NCBI GenBank assembly: GCA_963845245.1
Contig: CAWJRJ010000012.1
Span: 64,001-128,000, forward strand
Length of the DNA: 64,000 nucleotides
Source: Nitrospirota bacterium
GTDB lineage: Bacteria; Nitrospirota; JACRHJ01
Direction: 5' to 3'
Shown here: positions 29,911 to 41,862 of the stretch, piece by piece
How the letters are laid out: each line of letters starts with the position of its first letter
Numbering within the stretch: the stretch's first letter is position 1
Notes under the pieces: generated by a model
What the model was told of the DNA's origin: nothing
Seen by the model: only the letters and a program-made list of their open reading frames with translations
Databases searched by the model: none
Program-made: the position numbers and the translations under genes

Positions 29911-32862
29911 ATGAAGGCGTTTAGCAGGATACTGACTGTTCTTTTTATAGTTTCGATGTTTATTTCCGCCGGGAGGGCCCAGGCGTCCACATGGAACCTG
30001 AATAAAGCAAAGTCGCAGTCGTCAGGCAAACAGACGTCGTCCATTGTAAAAGCAGATTTCAACGGCGACGGTATAATGGACATTGCCTCTTGTACCCGGC
30101 AGAACTCAGGCAAGGTATCCATTTTCCTCGGCAAGGGCGACGGCAAGTTTACGAAGAAGGTGGCCCTCGATGCAGGCAGCAAGCCTGTCTCGATTGTGGC
30201 CGCAGATTTTAATGGCGACGGTATAATGGACCTTGCCGTGGCAGACTTTGGCAGTGATGATGTGATGGTATACCTGGGCAAGGGCGACGGCACATTTCAG
30301 GACGGCGTTTCAAACCCGGTCGGAGCAAGCCCCGTCTTTATAGTCTCAGCCGACTTTAATGGAGACAGCAATGCCGACCTCGCCGTGGCAAACTGGGAGG
30401 ACAACACCGTCACGGTGCTGTTCGGAAACGGAGACGGGACATTCCCGACCAGTACGTCTTTGCCGACGGGTTCCCGTCCCCGCAGCATCGCGGTGGGAGA
30501 CATCGATAAAACTGGCGGTGTTGACCTCGTTGTAGCCAACTGGGCGGACGACACGGTCTCCTTTATTGCTGGAGACGGACTCGGAAATTTTGCCGGCAAG
30601 GTCGACTTTAACGCTGGCAAGAACCCCTCATCCGTCGCCCTTGGCGACCTGAACGGCGACGGCTGGCTGGATATCGTTACCACAAACTTCGACACGGACA
30701 ACGTCGCTCTCCTTCTCTCTAATAGCCTTGCGACCTTCAGTGGCTTCAAGCCCGTTGAGTTTATTATCTCGGGAAGCGGACCGTCATTTGTGGCGATAAA
30801 GGACATCGACGGCGATGGGAACCAGGACATATTAACCTGCAATGGCGCAGCCAACAACCTGTCGCTTTTTTTCGGTTTTGGGGACGGTACATTTCAGCCG
30901 AGGAAGGATTTCACCGCCGGCAGCGGTCCGATATCGTTTGTGATATCGGACTTCAATAACAACGGGGGTTGGGACCTTGCTGTAGCTAACTACAACTCCG
31001 GCAGCATATCGGTGTTCACGGACAAGAACACCAAGCTCGGCGACTGGAATTTCATACCCGGCGCTATCACGTCAACGTCGTTATCTCCATCATCCGTATT
31101 CGCCGCAGACCTGAACAGGGACGAGTTTACTGACGTGGTGATGACAGATGGCAGCAAGGTCTCTATCTTGTTGAACGACGGAAAAGGTGTACTGGTTGCA
31201 GCAGCAGCCCCCCTCACCGCCGGTATTACGCCCGTGGATGCAGTCGCCGCCGACTTCACCGGCGACGGGATAAAGGACATTGCCGTCGCAAACAACGACA
31301 GCCTCGACGTCACTATTTTAAAGGGGGCGCCCGATGGCACATATTCTGCGATAGTCCCATCGGTTTTAATCGGGCACTCGCCGGTTTCCATAGTAAACGG
31401 GGACTTTAACAAGGACGGGAAGATGGACTTCGCGGTCTGCAACTCAGGCACGCCTGGTTCAGTATACGTTTTTAGCGGCAACGGGGACGGCACCTTCCCG
31501 ACGGTTAACACCTATGCTGTAGGTAACAACCCTCTGAAAATCGTCACAGGCGATTTCAACGGGGACGGTATACCGGACCTAGCGGTCGCGAACCAGGGTT
31601 CGGGCACCATCTCTATTCTGATGGGGGTAGCGAGTGGGGGATTTTCGGAAACCACAGTAACACTCCCGACGGGCAGCGCACCGAATTCCCTTGCTGCCGC
31701 GGACTTCAACGCCGATAATAAGACCGACCTTGCAGTCTTGAGCGCGGCAAATAAAACGGTGCTTATACTGCTCAGCAACGGCAACGGTACTTTCAGGGTA
31801 CTAACAGGCACCCTTTCTACCGGCGACAGTCCTTCTTCAATAGCGGCTGCCGACCTGAACCTCGACAAGATGCCGGATATAGTTGTTACCGCGGCTGACG
31901 GCGTCTCGGTTTATTTCGGGAAAGGCTCCGGTGTTTTCAACACCGCATCTTTAATTGCCTCAACAACAGGCTCCGGTCCCGCCGTCATCTCCGAATTCAA
32001 CAAGGACGGCAAGGCGGACCTTGCAGTTGCCAGTTCGGCACCGGGTGTCTACATTATCAAAGGCATCGACCGGTTCAACATAACCACCGGAACGACTGGC
32101 AGCGGTACGGTATCACCCGGAACGGGCCCCTATGAGGCCGGCAAGATACAACTGCTTAAGGCCACAGCCACACCCGACGCAGGTTCGTACTTCAAAGACT
32201 GGAGCGGCAACCTGTCCGGCTCGGACAACCCGCACCAGCTCCTCATTAATTCATCGTCGAAGGACAAGACGTATACTGCCGTTTTCGAGACCGGCCCGAA
32301 TATATCCAGCCTTTTGAATGCAACGACGTCCTCAACGAACAGCGGCATCGTGGGAGAAGTGATAACAATCACCGATTCCCAGAACAACTTCGGTCCGGCT
32401 AAGGGCACCGTTACCGTGGGGTCAATTAGCGCCAAAATCGACTCATGGGCCGTCGGGACAATTACCTTCGAAGTACCGTCAAATATAGCAAGTAACAAAT
32501 ACAAGCTCCACGTTACCACCTCGGACAACAAGAAGAGCAACGAGTGGGATTTCTACATCCCCAAGGCGTTTATAACCGGCATAACGAATGATGCACTGGC
32601 CACCATTACCTCTGCTACCAAGGGGCAGCCTGTCAAAATCCACGGGGTAAACATTGGATTGAACAAGCTAACGGTCACGCTCTACCCGGTTGACGGGATA
32701 AGCGGGACGAACGCCACTGTTACGGCGTCAGACAATACCAGCGTTACCGACAACACTGTCGATTTTACAGTGCCTAGCGTTACCACCGGCGATTACATAA
32801 TCAAGGTTAGAAACTCGCACGGATACAGTAACGGGTTCCCGATTACAATCACATCCCCATAA
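29911..32862 (+). CDS. Secreted FG-GAP repeat protein with C-terminal Ig-like (IPT/TIG-like) domains
   Basis: Signal peptide; 14 D-[FLI]-x-x-x-x-x-x-D-type repeats; ATPDAG..F..WSG; two Ig-like beta domains. Confidence 0.9.
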   Translation: MKAFSRILTVLFIVSMFISAGRAQASTWNLNKAKSQSSGKQTSSIVKADFNGDGIMDIASCTRQNSGKVSIFLGKGDGKFTKKVALDAGSKPVSIVAADFNGDGIMDLAVADFGSDDVMVYLGKGDGTFQDGVSNPVGASPVFIVSADFNGDSNADLAVANWEDNTVTVLFGNGDGTFPTSTSLPTGSRPRSIAVGDIDKTGGVDLVVANWADDTVSFIAGDGLGNFAGKVDFNAGKNPSSVALGDLNGDGWLDIVTTNFDTDNVALLLSNSLATFSGFKPVEFIISGSGPSFVAIKDIDGDGNQDILTCNGAANNLSLFFGFGDGTFQPRKDFTAGSGPISFVISDFNNNGGWDLAVANYNSGSISVFTDKNTKLGDWNFIPGAITSTSLSPSSVFAADLNRDEFTDVVMTDGSKVSILLNDGKGVLVAAAAPLTAGITPVDAVAADFTGDGIKDIAVANNDSLDVTILKGAPDGTYSAIVPSVLIGHSPVSIVNGDFNKDGKMDFAVCNSGTPGSVYVFSGNGDGTFPTVNTYAVGNNPLKIVTGDFNGDGIPDLAVANQGSGTISILMGVASGGFSETTVTLPTGSAPNSLAAADFNADNKTDLAVLSAANKTVLILLSNGNGTFRVLTGTLSTGDSPSSIAAADLNLDKMPDIVVTAADGVSVYFGKGSGVFNTASLIASTTGSGPAVISEFNKDGKADLAVASSAPGVYIIKGIDRFNITTGTTGSGTVSPGTGPYEAGKIQLLKATATPDAGSYFKDWSGNLSGSDNPHQLLINSSSKDKTYTAVFETGPNISSLLNATTSSTNSGIVGEVITITDSQNNFGPAKGTVTVGSISAKIDSWAVGTITFEVPSNIASNKYKLHVTTSDNKKSNEWDFYIPKAFITGITNDALATITSATKGQPVKIHGVNIGLNKLTVTLYPVDGISGTNATVTASDNTSVTDNTVDFTVPSVTTGDYIIKVRNSHGYSNGFPITITSP

Positions 32863-32886
32863 AGGTTTTCTCGCATAGGTTGATGT

Positions 32887-32914
32887 AAGGGGCGGATTTT
32901 TCCGCCCCTTTTTT
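32887..32914 (+). terminator. Intrinsic terminator
   Basis: AAGGGGCGGA-TTTT-TCCGCCCCTTTTTT. Confidence 0.8.
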
Positions 32915-33053
32915 ATCACTAACGATTGCCTGCTTTTCCAGTTCTATGTATGATCCGTATGCTCTTTCCTGTTATCTCATAAAAATTTGCTTCTTGGACG
33001 ACATATTGTTATAATTTAAAACGATATTCTCTTTTCAAACCGGAGGTAACAAG

Positions 33054-34052
33054 ATGCCAGAGTTGAGGAAAGACCCCATTATAGGCAGATGGGTAATAAT
33101 ATCGTCTGAGCGAGGGAAGAGGCCGACCGACTTTCAGGAAGACAAGCCCCGCAAAAAGGGCGGTTTCTGCCCGTTTGACCCCGGCAACGAACACACGACC
33201 CCGCCGGAGATACTGGCATACCGCGAGAACGGGACCGCACCCAATACCCAGGGCTGGAACCTCAGGGTGGTGGCTAACAAGTTCCCTGCGCTCCAGATAG
33301 AGGGAGACCTCAACAAGCAGGGGGAAGGGCTTTTCGACAAGATGAACGGCATAGGCGCGCACGAGGTCATAATAGAGACCCCGCTGCACGACGCGACCCT
33401 CTCGACCATGCCCACAAAGGATGTCGAGAACGTGTTGTGGGCCTACCGCGACAGGATACTGGACCTGAAAAAAGACCTTCGTTTCCAGTACATACTTATC
33501 TTTAAAAACGAGGGCGAGGCGGCAGGCGCATCGCTTGAGCACTCCCATTCCCAGCTTATCGCGCTGCCGATCGTCCCAAAGAGGGTCAAGGAGGAGATGG
33601 ACGGCTCGCGGCAGTATTACGAATACAAGGAGCGTTGCGTCTTCTGCGACATCATCAGGCAGGAGCTTAACTCAGGTGTCAGGGTGGTGAGCGAGAACAA
33701 GGACTTCGTGGCGCTGGAGCCTTTTACGCCGCGGTTCCCGTTCGAGACCTGGATCATGCCCAAACAGCACGGCTCAAAGTTTGAAGAGACCAAGACTCAG
33801 CAGTTCCAGACGCTTGCCGAGATACTGCAGTCGACTATCAGGCGCCTTGACAAGATCCTGAACATGCCGCCGTACAACTACATCCTTCATACCGCGCCTT
33901 TCAGGGACCCTGAAAGCGACTATTACCACTGGCATATAGAGATAATGCCGAAACTCACGAAGGTAGCCGGGTTTGAGTGGGGCTCAGGTTTTTATATCAA
34001 CCCCACGGCACCGGAAGAGGCAGCGAAGTTCCTGAGGGAAGCCAAGATCTAG
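33054..34052 (+). CDS. galT: GalT-family nucleotidyltransferase
   Basis: ELRKDP...WVII..ER.KRP, NKFPAL, AGASLEHSHSQ, AGFEWGSG.YINP. Confidence 0.93.
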   Translation: MPELRKDPIIGRWVIISSERGKRPTDFQEDKPRKKGGFCPFDPGNEHTTPPEILAYRENGTAPNTQGWNLRVVANKFPALQIEGDLNKQGEGLFDKMNGIGAHEVIIETPLHDATLSTMPTKDVENVLWAYRDRILDLKKDLRFQYILIFKNEGEAAGASLEHSHSQLIALPIVPKRVKEEMDGSRQYYEYKERCVFCDIIRQELNSGVRVVSENKDFVALEPFTPRFPFETWIMPKQHGSKFEETKTQQFQTLAEILQSTIRRLDKILNMPPYNYILHTAPFRDPESDYYHWHIEIMPKLTKVAGFEWGSGFYINPTAPEEAAKFLREAKI

Positions 34053-34075
34053 CACCCATACTGGAGGCTTACAGA

Positions 34076-35549
34076 ATGAAGATAGCGATATGCTCACCGG
34101 AAGTCCTGCCGTTTTCAAAGACCGGCGGCCTGGCGGACGTGGCAGGGGCTCTGCCTAAGGCCCTTTCGAAGCTAGGCATGGAAATCGCGGTGGTGACGCC
34201 GCTCTACAAGACGGTAGACCGTGCCAGGCATAAGATCGCGGATACAAAAAAGAAGGTCTCGGCACAGATGGACGGCAAGGCGGTGGAAGCCGGCATATTC
34301 GAGGGCAGCCTTCCCGGAGGGGCAAAGGTATATTTTATTGACATGCCGAAATATTACGGTAGGGACCACCTGTACGGGACCTCGAAGGGGGACGACCCGG
34401 ACAACGCCGAACGGTTCATCTACCTGGCGAAGGTGATACCGGAGGTACTGAAGGCAGTCGGCTTCAAGCCGGACGTGGTCCACTTGAACGACTGGCAGAC
34501 GGGGCTTGTGCCGCTCTTCCTGGGCGCCAAATACAAAGACGACCCGTTCTTCAGCGGAACCGGCACACTGTATACCGTCCACAACCTGGGCTACCAGGGT
34601 GTCTTCTGGGCAATCGACATGCACTGGACCGACCTCGGCTGGGAGTACTTCACGCCCGAGGGCATCGAGTTCTACGGCAAGCTCAATATCATGAAGGCAG
34701 GGCTTGTATATTCAGATATCATTAATACCGTTTCGAAGACGTACAGCAAAGAGATCCAGACCCCCGAGTACGGGCATGGCCTCGAAGGCGTCCTGGTTAA
34801 GAGGGCAGATGACCTCTACGGCATCGTGAACGGGATCGACTATGACGAGTTCGATCCGGGAAAAGACACCAAGATATATCAATACCTACACGGCCGGAGA
34901 CATCAAGGGCAAGGCCGCGAACAAGAAGGCTCTGAAGGCGGAACTGGGGCTCGCCCCCGGAAACAGCCCTCTGTTCGGGGTGATATCGCGCCTTGCGGAC
35001 CAGAAGGGCTTTGATATCCTGTCTGAATCCCTGGACGGCCTTTTGAAGATGGGCGTACAGGTGGCGATACTCGGGACAGGCGAGGAGAAATATCACAAGC
35101 TCCTCTCGGGACTTGCCAAAAAGAAGCCGAAACAGGTCTCGGTCACGCTCGGGTTCGACCTCACCCTCGCCGAACGCATATACGCGGGTTCCGACGTGTT
35201 CATGATGCCGTCGCGCTACGAGCCCTGCGGCCTGGGCCAGCTTATATCCCTGCGTTACGGCACCATACCGCTGGTCAGGAAGACGGGCGGCCTGGCGGAC
35301 ACCGTAAAGAACTACAGCCCGAAGGCGGGCAAGGGCAACGGGTTCGTGTTCACCGACTACTCCTCAAGCGCGTTTTTGAAGGCCGCCCGGGCAGCGGTGA
35401 AGGTGTATGGCGACAAGGCGGCCTGGAAGGGCCTGGTTACCCGGGCGATGCAGGAGGACAACTCCTGGGAGAGCTCGGCCAGGGAATATGTTAAGCTTTA
35501 TAAAAAGGCCGCGCAAAAAGGCGCTGCCAGGAGCAAAAAGCCTGTATGA
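34076..35549 (+). CDS. glgA: Glycogen synthase (frameshift ~34885)
   Basis: KTGGLADV, HLNDWQ, HNLGYQG, SRLADQKG, MPSRYEPCGL. Confidence 0.95.
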
Positions 35550-37962
35550 TTACGTCTGAAAAGGTGGAGCTGGAGATACTCTCCGAGGTAAGCAAGATTG
35601 CCAACTCCACCCAGGACTTTAACGTAAAGCTCGAGAAGATCGTCCGGGTGATAGCAGACAAGCTGTCCCGCGACGTATGTTATATCGTCCTTCGGGACAA
35701 GGACAGGGATACCCTTGTGCTGAAGGCGGCGGTCGGCCTGAACGCCGAATCGATAGACCGGGTGATGCTTCGGATGGGCGAGGGCGTGACCGGCTGGGCC
35801 GCTCAACACATGGAGCCGGTGGCGCTCGAGGTAGCTTCGGAGGACCCCAGGTACAAGCTGGTCCCCCAGACTGGCGAGGAAAAGTACAAGTCCATGCTGG
35901 CCGTGCCCATCCTTTATGACGAAAGGTGCATCGGCGTCATGACCGTCCAGACGGTCGACCCGCACAGGTATTCGTCTGACGAGGTCACGCTTTTAAGCAC
36001 TATAGCAAACGACGTCGGCGGCATAATAAATTCCGCCCAGCTCTATCAGGAAGCAAGACAGAACGTGGAGGCCCTCTCTGCGCTCTACGAGATGAGCCGC
36101 TCGCTCATCTCCACGCTCGACCTCCAGGCCCTGCTCGACAGGATAGCCCGCTACAGCGCGGAGGTCATCGGGGCGAAGGGCTGTATCCTGAGGATACTTA
36201 ACGCCGACAACGGGCTTCTTGAGATAAAGGCCTCTTACGGGCTGGACATGGAGTTTGGCCGCAGGGCCGACCTGAAGCTGGGTGAAAGCATTGCCGGGAA
36301 GGTGGCCAAGGAGGGCAAGCCCGTCCTGATAAGCGACGCCTTTGAGGACCCGGACTTCCTGAACGTCACGGGCGCGGTCGTGACCTCGCTCATATGCGTC
36401 CCGCTCGTGGCCAAGGACAGGGTCATAGGCACCATAGCCCTCTACGACAAGGAGACCCCCGGCAGGATAGGCGAGCAGCCGTTCACGGAAGACGACCTCC
36501 ACCTGCTTATCCACGATAGCCACGCAGGCCTCCATGGCGGTCGACAACGCGGTCATCTACGAGAGGGCGGAGGAACTGGCGCTCCAGAACGAGAAGAAGG
36601 CGAGGGAACTCGCCTTCCTCTATGACATAGCGAATGCGATGCGTTCCACCCTGAAGCTGGAGAAGCTTCTGCACATCATCCTGACTGCCATCACGATGGG
36701 CGGCGGGATGGGCTTCAACAGGGCGATGCTGTTCCTCGTGAACGAAAAGACCAAGACCCTTGCAGGGCATGCTTGGGGTGGGCCCGTCTTCGTCCTGGGA
36801 GGCTGGCGAGATATGGTCGCGCTTAGGGAGCAGCCCGATAAACTTCAGCGAGTGGACGATCACGGACGAGGACATGGCCGCCCAGAAGGAGTCGGTGTTC
36901 AACCGCCAGGTGAAGGGCATGAGGATATCCTGCGAGGACGAACGGGGTCTGTTCGCGACCGCCATACGCGAGAAGAGGGCCGTGAATGTCGAAGGCGCAT
37001 GGGACAGCCCCATAGCCGGGCCTGAGATAATGGGCCTGGTGGGCGAGGAGGAGTTTGCGGCCGTGCCGCTCATTGCCAAGGACAAGGTCATCTCGTTCGT
37101 CGTCGTGGACAACAAGTTCACCGGCAGGCCGATAAGACAGGAAGACCTCCGGTTCCTGATGATGTTCGCGAACCAGGCCGGCCTGGCCATGGAGTCCGCG
37201 ATGGCATATTCGAACCTGGAGCGAGCGAACCGCGAACTGAAGGAAACGCAGGACCGGCTTATACAGTCTGAGAAGCTTGCGGCGCTGGGCGAGATGTCGG
37301 CCTCGATAGCGCATGAGATTAAGAACCCGCTCACGGTGATCGGCGGTTTTGCGTCGAGGCTTGTGAGGAAACAGGGCGAGGGAGACGAGTCGCGGTATGC
37401 GCGTATCATCAGGGACGAGGCCAGACGCCTCGAGAAGATATTGGGAGAAGTCCTGGATTTCTCCCGGGAGATGAGCCCGAACTTCCAGCTGTATGACCTG
37501 AACGTCATCTGCGAGGAGACGCTTCAGATGTACGAGGACGACCTCAAGGAAAAAGGCATCTCTTTCAGGCTGGAGCTTGCGCCGGAGACCTGCAATGTGA
37601 TGATGGACCCGCAGCAGATAAAGCAGGCCATCATCAACATCATCTCGAATTCCGAGCAGGCGATGGAGAACTCCGGAGGCAAGGAACTCATAATTAGGAC
37701 CAGCCTTGACAGGGCCGCCGGGCAGGCGGTCGTGGCCATCTCTGATACCGGCGGCGGTATACCGGCCGACCAGCTCGACAACGTATTCAACCCCTTCTTC
37801 ACGACCAAGGTGAAGGGGACTGGGCTTGGGCTCGCCATCACCAACAAGATAATAAAGAACCACGGCGGCGAGATCCAGGTGATAAACAAGGAGAAAATAG
37901 GCGCTACGTTTATTCTCAGGCTGCCGTACCACGACGAGGCGGCCCAGCATATTTCCCAATAG
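35546..37962 (+). CDS. Cytoplasmic triple-GAF sensor histidine kinase (frameshifts ~36510 and ~36765)
   Basis: Three GAF segments; AHEIKNPL, NII.NS, DTGGGI, PFFTTK..GTGLGL. Confidence 0.9.
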
Positions 37963-37974
37963 GGGGGTGGAGTC

Positions 37975-38331
37975 ATGAGCAAGAAAGTTCTGGTGGTAGA
38001 CGACGAGGAACATGTGCGCCAGCTCTTCAAGGAAGAGCTGGCGGAGGAAGGCTACGACGTGTACCTGGCCGCCGACGGTCCGGAGGCTATCAGGATGGTC
38101 GACGAGGTCCACCCCGACATCGTGACCCTCGACGTGAGCATGCCCGGCATGGACGGCATAGAGGTGCTGAGGGTTCTCAAGGAAAAGAACAGGGAACTGC
38201 CCATGATAATGTGCACTGCCTACCCCGAGTACAAGCACAACTTCGGGGTATGGGCGTCGGATGCCTATGTGGTCAAATCGGGCGACCTCAAGGAGCTGAA
38301 AGAAACGATCAAACGCGTTTTGAACGTCTGA
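37975..38331 (+). CDS. Single-domain response regulator
   Basis: VLVVDDE, LDVSMPGMDG, TAY, YVVKS. Confidence 0.93.
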   Translation: MSKKVLVVDDEEHVRQLFKEELAEEGYDVYLAADGPEAIRMVDEVHPDIVTLDVSMPGMDGIEVLRVLKEKNRELPMIMCTAYPEYKHNFGVWASDAYVVKSGDLKELKETIKRVLNV

Positions 38332-38335
38332 GGCG

Positions 38336-38926
38336 GTGAAAATGATTGAAAGATTTAAAAATATCGCCGAGGCATTCAGGGTAGGGGACATGAAGGACCT
38401 GCCCGGCGTCTGCGACAAGATTATCCGCAACTGGAAGGATATCCCCCTGGAGCCGTTGATCGAGCTTAAGCAGCAGCTGGCGAGGCTTGGACTGGAGCAC
38501 AGGGAGGCCCACCTGGACGAAGCCCTGATAAGCATTGCCGAGAAGAGGCCGGGCCCTTTTTCGGAAATTGCCTCCGATACCGACCACCCGCTGTGGAAGC
38601 CGGTAGTGGAGATTATGTCGATGTGCGAAAACCGGGACTTTCAGGAGCAGCTCCTATCGCTTTTGCCCGGCTGCCCGAAGCGCTGCCTTGAGGACCTGAT
38701 ACGCGCAATAAGCCGTTGCGGAAATAGCGCCGAGTCAGTCTGGCCATACCTTATGGACGAAGACGAAGGGGTCTTTCTGGAAGCGGTCATGGCGGTGAGG
38801 GGGGCGGGAGGCCCGGAGTCGGTCAGGCGTCTGAAAGAGGCGATGGAACGGAAAAAGAGGGAAGGTTCTCCGTCCGCGAGGGTGCTTGAAGCAGTTTTGC
38901 AGGAGCTTGAAAGGAAACCGGATTAA
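38336..38926 (+). CDS. Hypothetical helical (HEAT-like) protein
   Basis: 196 aa ORF with L.DED..V..EAV.A pattern. Confidence 0.6.
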   Translation: MKMIERFKNIAEAFRVGDMKDLPGVCDKIIRNWKDIPLEPLIELKQQLARLGLEHREAHLDEALISIAEKRPGPFSEIASDTDHPLWKPVVEIMSMCENRDFQEQLLSLLPGCPKRCLEDLIRAISRCGNSAESVWPYLMDEDEGVFLEAVMAVRGAGGPESVRRLKEAMERKKREGSPSARVLEAVLQELERKPD

Positions 38927-40229
38927 TCCGGCTTGACGCCGGTGGTCGTCTTCTTGTCTTTTTTGGAACGGTACATCGAAGAGTCGGCCCTCTTTATGGT
39001 GTCGAAAAGGTCTGTCCCGTAAACCGAGGTGCTGAGGCCGTACGATACTCCCAATGTCAAACCTGCATGCTCTTCGGCAAGGTCTTTCTTGTTGTTCCAT
39101 TCGTCGCACTGGCGCCTGAACCGGCCGATGAGCGCCTCACCCTCCTCAGGCCCGCTGTGCGGCAGTATCAGCACGAACTCGTCGCCGCCCACCCGGGCTA
39201 CTATATCCTCATGCCTTGTGTTGTCCTGGAATATGCGCGAGATTTTTTTCAGCAGGATGTCGCCCGCCTCGTGCCCGTAAGCGTCGTTGGCCGCCTTCAG
39301 GTTGTCAAGGTCCGCGTATATGACGGTGTACGGGCCTCTTTTGCGCTTGTTGGACTTGTTCTTGGTCTCCTCGTTTTCAAGGTAGAGGTCCAGGTAATGC
39401 TTGTTGTAGGCGCCGGTGAGGGCATCGTGGTTTGCCCTGCGCTTTAAGTCATCCTCTTCCTTCTTCTTTGCCGTCGTATCAGAGACTATCATCAGGACGT
39501 TGGTTACCTCACCGTCCGGCCCTTTTATCGGTATGCTCTTGTTTTCGGTTATTATGTCCCTTCCGTTCATGGTTAGGCACCTGGAATGGGTGGCCTCCCT
39601 TCCGGTCAGTATGGCCTTCCTGGAGGCGCATTCCTCAATGCACACTCCGTCCGGGTTGCCAGACACCTCGTAGCATTTGTGGCCGAGTATGTCGATGAGC
39701 GGTTTCCCGATGAAATACCTGGAGCCGTATTCGTTTATTTCCACGTAGTTCATGTTGGTGTCAAGCAGCGCCAGAAGGGAGGGCACGTTCCCGGCGATCT
39801 TCCGCTGGATGCCGATCTGCTTCAATAGCTTTGCGTTTGCCTCCTTAAGCCTGACGGAACTCTCGACAAGCTCCTCATGCCCTTCGGCCACCTTTTTCTC
39901 CAGGTTCTCGGTGAGGTATTTCAGTTCGGCCTGACTTTTCTGGAGTTCGGCGTTCTTGGTCTCTATCTCAGCCCTGAACGACATGTCCTTCTCCCTGATC
40001 TTGCCCATCAGGAAGCCGGCCGCTCCCATAACTACCACACGTGCCGGCAATGTAGGCATGGGTCAGCACGGATTCAGGGGAGTCGATGACGTTTTGTACT
40101 ACAAAATCCGTAAAAGAAAGGTCGCCGTGGAACAGGCGGTAGTGAAGTGTCAGATAGATTATCGGGGCCGAGGACGCCTATAAGGGCGCCTACCAGCCCG
40201 TACTGGACAGTTTTTTTGTTGAACAACAT
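38923..40229 (-). CDS. Membrane PAS-GGDEF diguanylate cyclase (two frameshifts near 5' end)
   Basis: HDALTG, DLDNLK..ND.YGH..GD, R..D I-site, RVGGDEF, RAD..MY..K. Confidence 0.9.
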
Positions 40230-40329
40230 GGTCTTGGTTTTCTCTTTGGGTAATACGCGGATCCCGTCTAGTGATGATTCTATTAGAGCGGGGCGGGGGT
40301 TGTCAAGGCAATAAGGATTAAAATGGGTA

Positions 40330-40358
40330 TTGACAAAGGATAAACCATGTTGTATGCT
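40330..40358 (+). promoter_or_regulatory. Sigma70 promoter upstream of rho
   Basis: TTGACA-N17-TATGCT. Confidence 0.65.
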
Positions 40359-40568
40359 TTAAAACTAACAGAGGCAGCTTGCCTTTGCAGCATCTCGGCT
40401 TTCGCCCCATGCAAATCCAGTAATGCGAAAAAATTTGACCTCGACTAAATAATCCGAACATATAGCCAGGCGTTCAACATAACAATCATATCCCAGGGAC
40501 ATTCCCCTTATAAGGCCACCCCGTCCTCTTTAAAACAAGGTACATTCATGAAAGAGCAAGGAGCATCC

Positions 40569-41813
40569 ATGAACATAGTGGAACTAAAGGAAAAGAGCAT
40601 AGGCGAGCTTACGAACATAGCCAACGACCTGAAGCTTGAAGGCGCAAGCGGCCTCAGGAAGCAGGAGCTCATCTTTGCGATCCTCCAGGCGCAGACCGCC
40701 AAGAACGGCCAGATCTACGGCGCCGGAGTCCTGGAGACCCTGCCGGACGGTTTCGGCTTCCTGCGCGCCCCGGACTACAACTACCTGCCGGGCCCGGACG
40801 ACATATACGTCTCCCCCTCCCAGATAAGGCGCTTCGGCCTGCGCACCGGCGATACCGTCGCCGGCCAGATACGGCCGCCCAAGGAGGGCGAGCGCTACTT
40901 CGCCCTGCTCAAGGTCGATTCGGTAAACTTCGAGGCGCCCGAGGAGATAAGGGGCAAGATACTCTTCGACAACCTTACCCCGCTCTACCCGGACGAGAGG
41001 ATAAACCTCGAGTTCCCGGGCGACATGAACACCAGGGTAATGGACCTGGTCACCCCGGTCGGCAAGGGCCAGCGCGGCATGATCGTCGCCCCGCCCCGCA
41101 CCGGCAAGACCATGCTCCTCCAGTCTATCGCCAAGGCGATCACCAAAAACCACCCCGAGATAATGCTTATAGTCCTCCTGATCGACGAGCGGCCCGAAGA
41201 GGTTACCGACATGCAGAGGCAGGTCAAGGCCGAGGTGGTGTCATCCACCTTCGACGAGCCGCCGCAAAGGCATGTACAGGTGGCCGAGATGGTAATCGAG
41301 AAGGCCAAGAGGCTGGTCGAGCACAAGAAGGACGTCGTGATACTGCTCGACTCCATCACGAGGCTCGCCCGCGCCTACAATACCATCGTCCCGCCATCCG
41401 GCAAGGTGCTCTCCGGCGGCATCGACGCAAACGCGCTCCAGAGGCCGAAGCGCTTCTTCGGCGCGGCCAGGAACATCGAGGAGGGCGGCAGCCTGACAAT
41501 CATAGCCACCGCGCTTGTCGATACCGGCTCCAGGATGGACGACGTCATATTCGAGGAGTTCAAGGGCACCGGCAACATGGAACTGCACCTCGACCGCAAG
41601 CTGGTCGAGCGCAGGGTCTTCCCGTCCATAGACATAAACGCCTCCGGCACGAGGAAGGAAGAGCTCCTCGTGGACGCGAACACGCTGAACAAGATGTGGG
41701 TCTTGAGGAAGGTCTTAAACCCGCTCTCCACGGTCGAGTCCATGGAGTTCCTGATAGACAAGCTGAAGGTAGCAAAGACCAACAAGGACTTCATAGAGTC
41801 CATGAACAAATAA
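40569..41813 (+). CDS. rho: Transcription termination factor Rho
   Basis: [46 protein letters not shown]. Confidence 0.99.
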   Translation: MNIVELKEKSIGELTNIANDLKLEGASGLRKQELIFAILQAQTAKNGQIYGAGVLETLPDGFGFLRAPDYNYLPGPDDIYVSPSQIRRFGLRTGDTVAGQIRPPKEGERYFALLKVDSVNFEAPEEIRGKILFDNLTPLYPDERINLEFPGDMNTRVMDLVTPVGKGQRGMIVAPPRTGKTMLLQSIAKAITKNHPEIMLIVLLIDERPEEVTDMQRQVKAEVVSSTFDEPPQRHVQVAEMVIEKAKRLVEHKKDVVILLDSITRLARAYNTIVPPSGKVLSGGIDANALQRPKRFFGAARNIEEGGSLTIIATALVDTGSRMDDVIFEEFKGTGNMELHLDRKLVERRVFPSIDINASGTRKEELLVDANTLNKMWVLRKVLNPLSTVESMEFLIDKLKVAKTNKDFIESMNK

Positions 41814-41814
41814 C

Positions 41815-41843
41815 AAAAAGGCGGCCCATCGGGCCGCCTTTTT
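41815..41843. terminator. Bidirectional intrinsic terminator
   Basis: AAAAAGGCGGCCC-ATC-GGGCCGCCTTTTT. Confidence 0.85.
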
Positions 41844-41862
41844 AGTTTTAGGACCCTGTCGC

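Noticed and set aside
30052..30231. Near-identical ~30-bp direct repeats 150 bp apart
   Set aside because: Coding FG-GAP repeats.
36823..38535. 570-aa minus-strand ORF (similar ones at 21941-23125 and 52683-53681)
   Set aside because: Antisense shadows of well-supported GC3-rich genes; no recognisable motifs.
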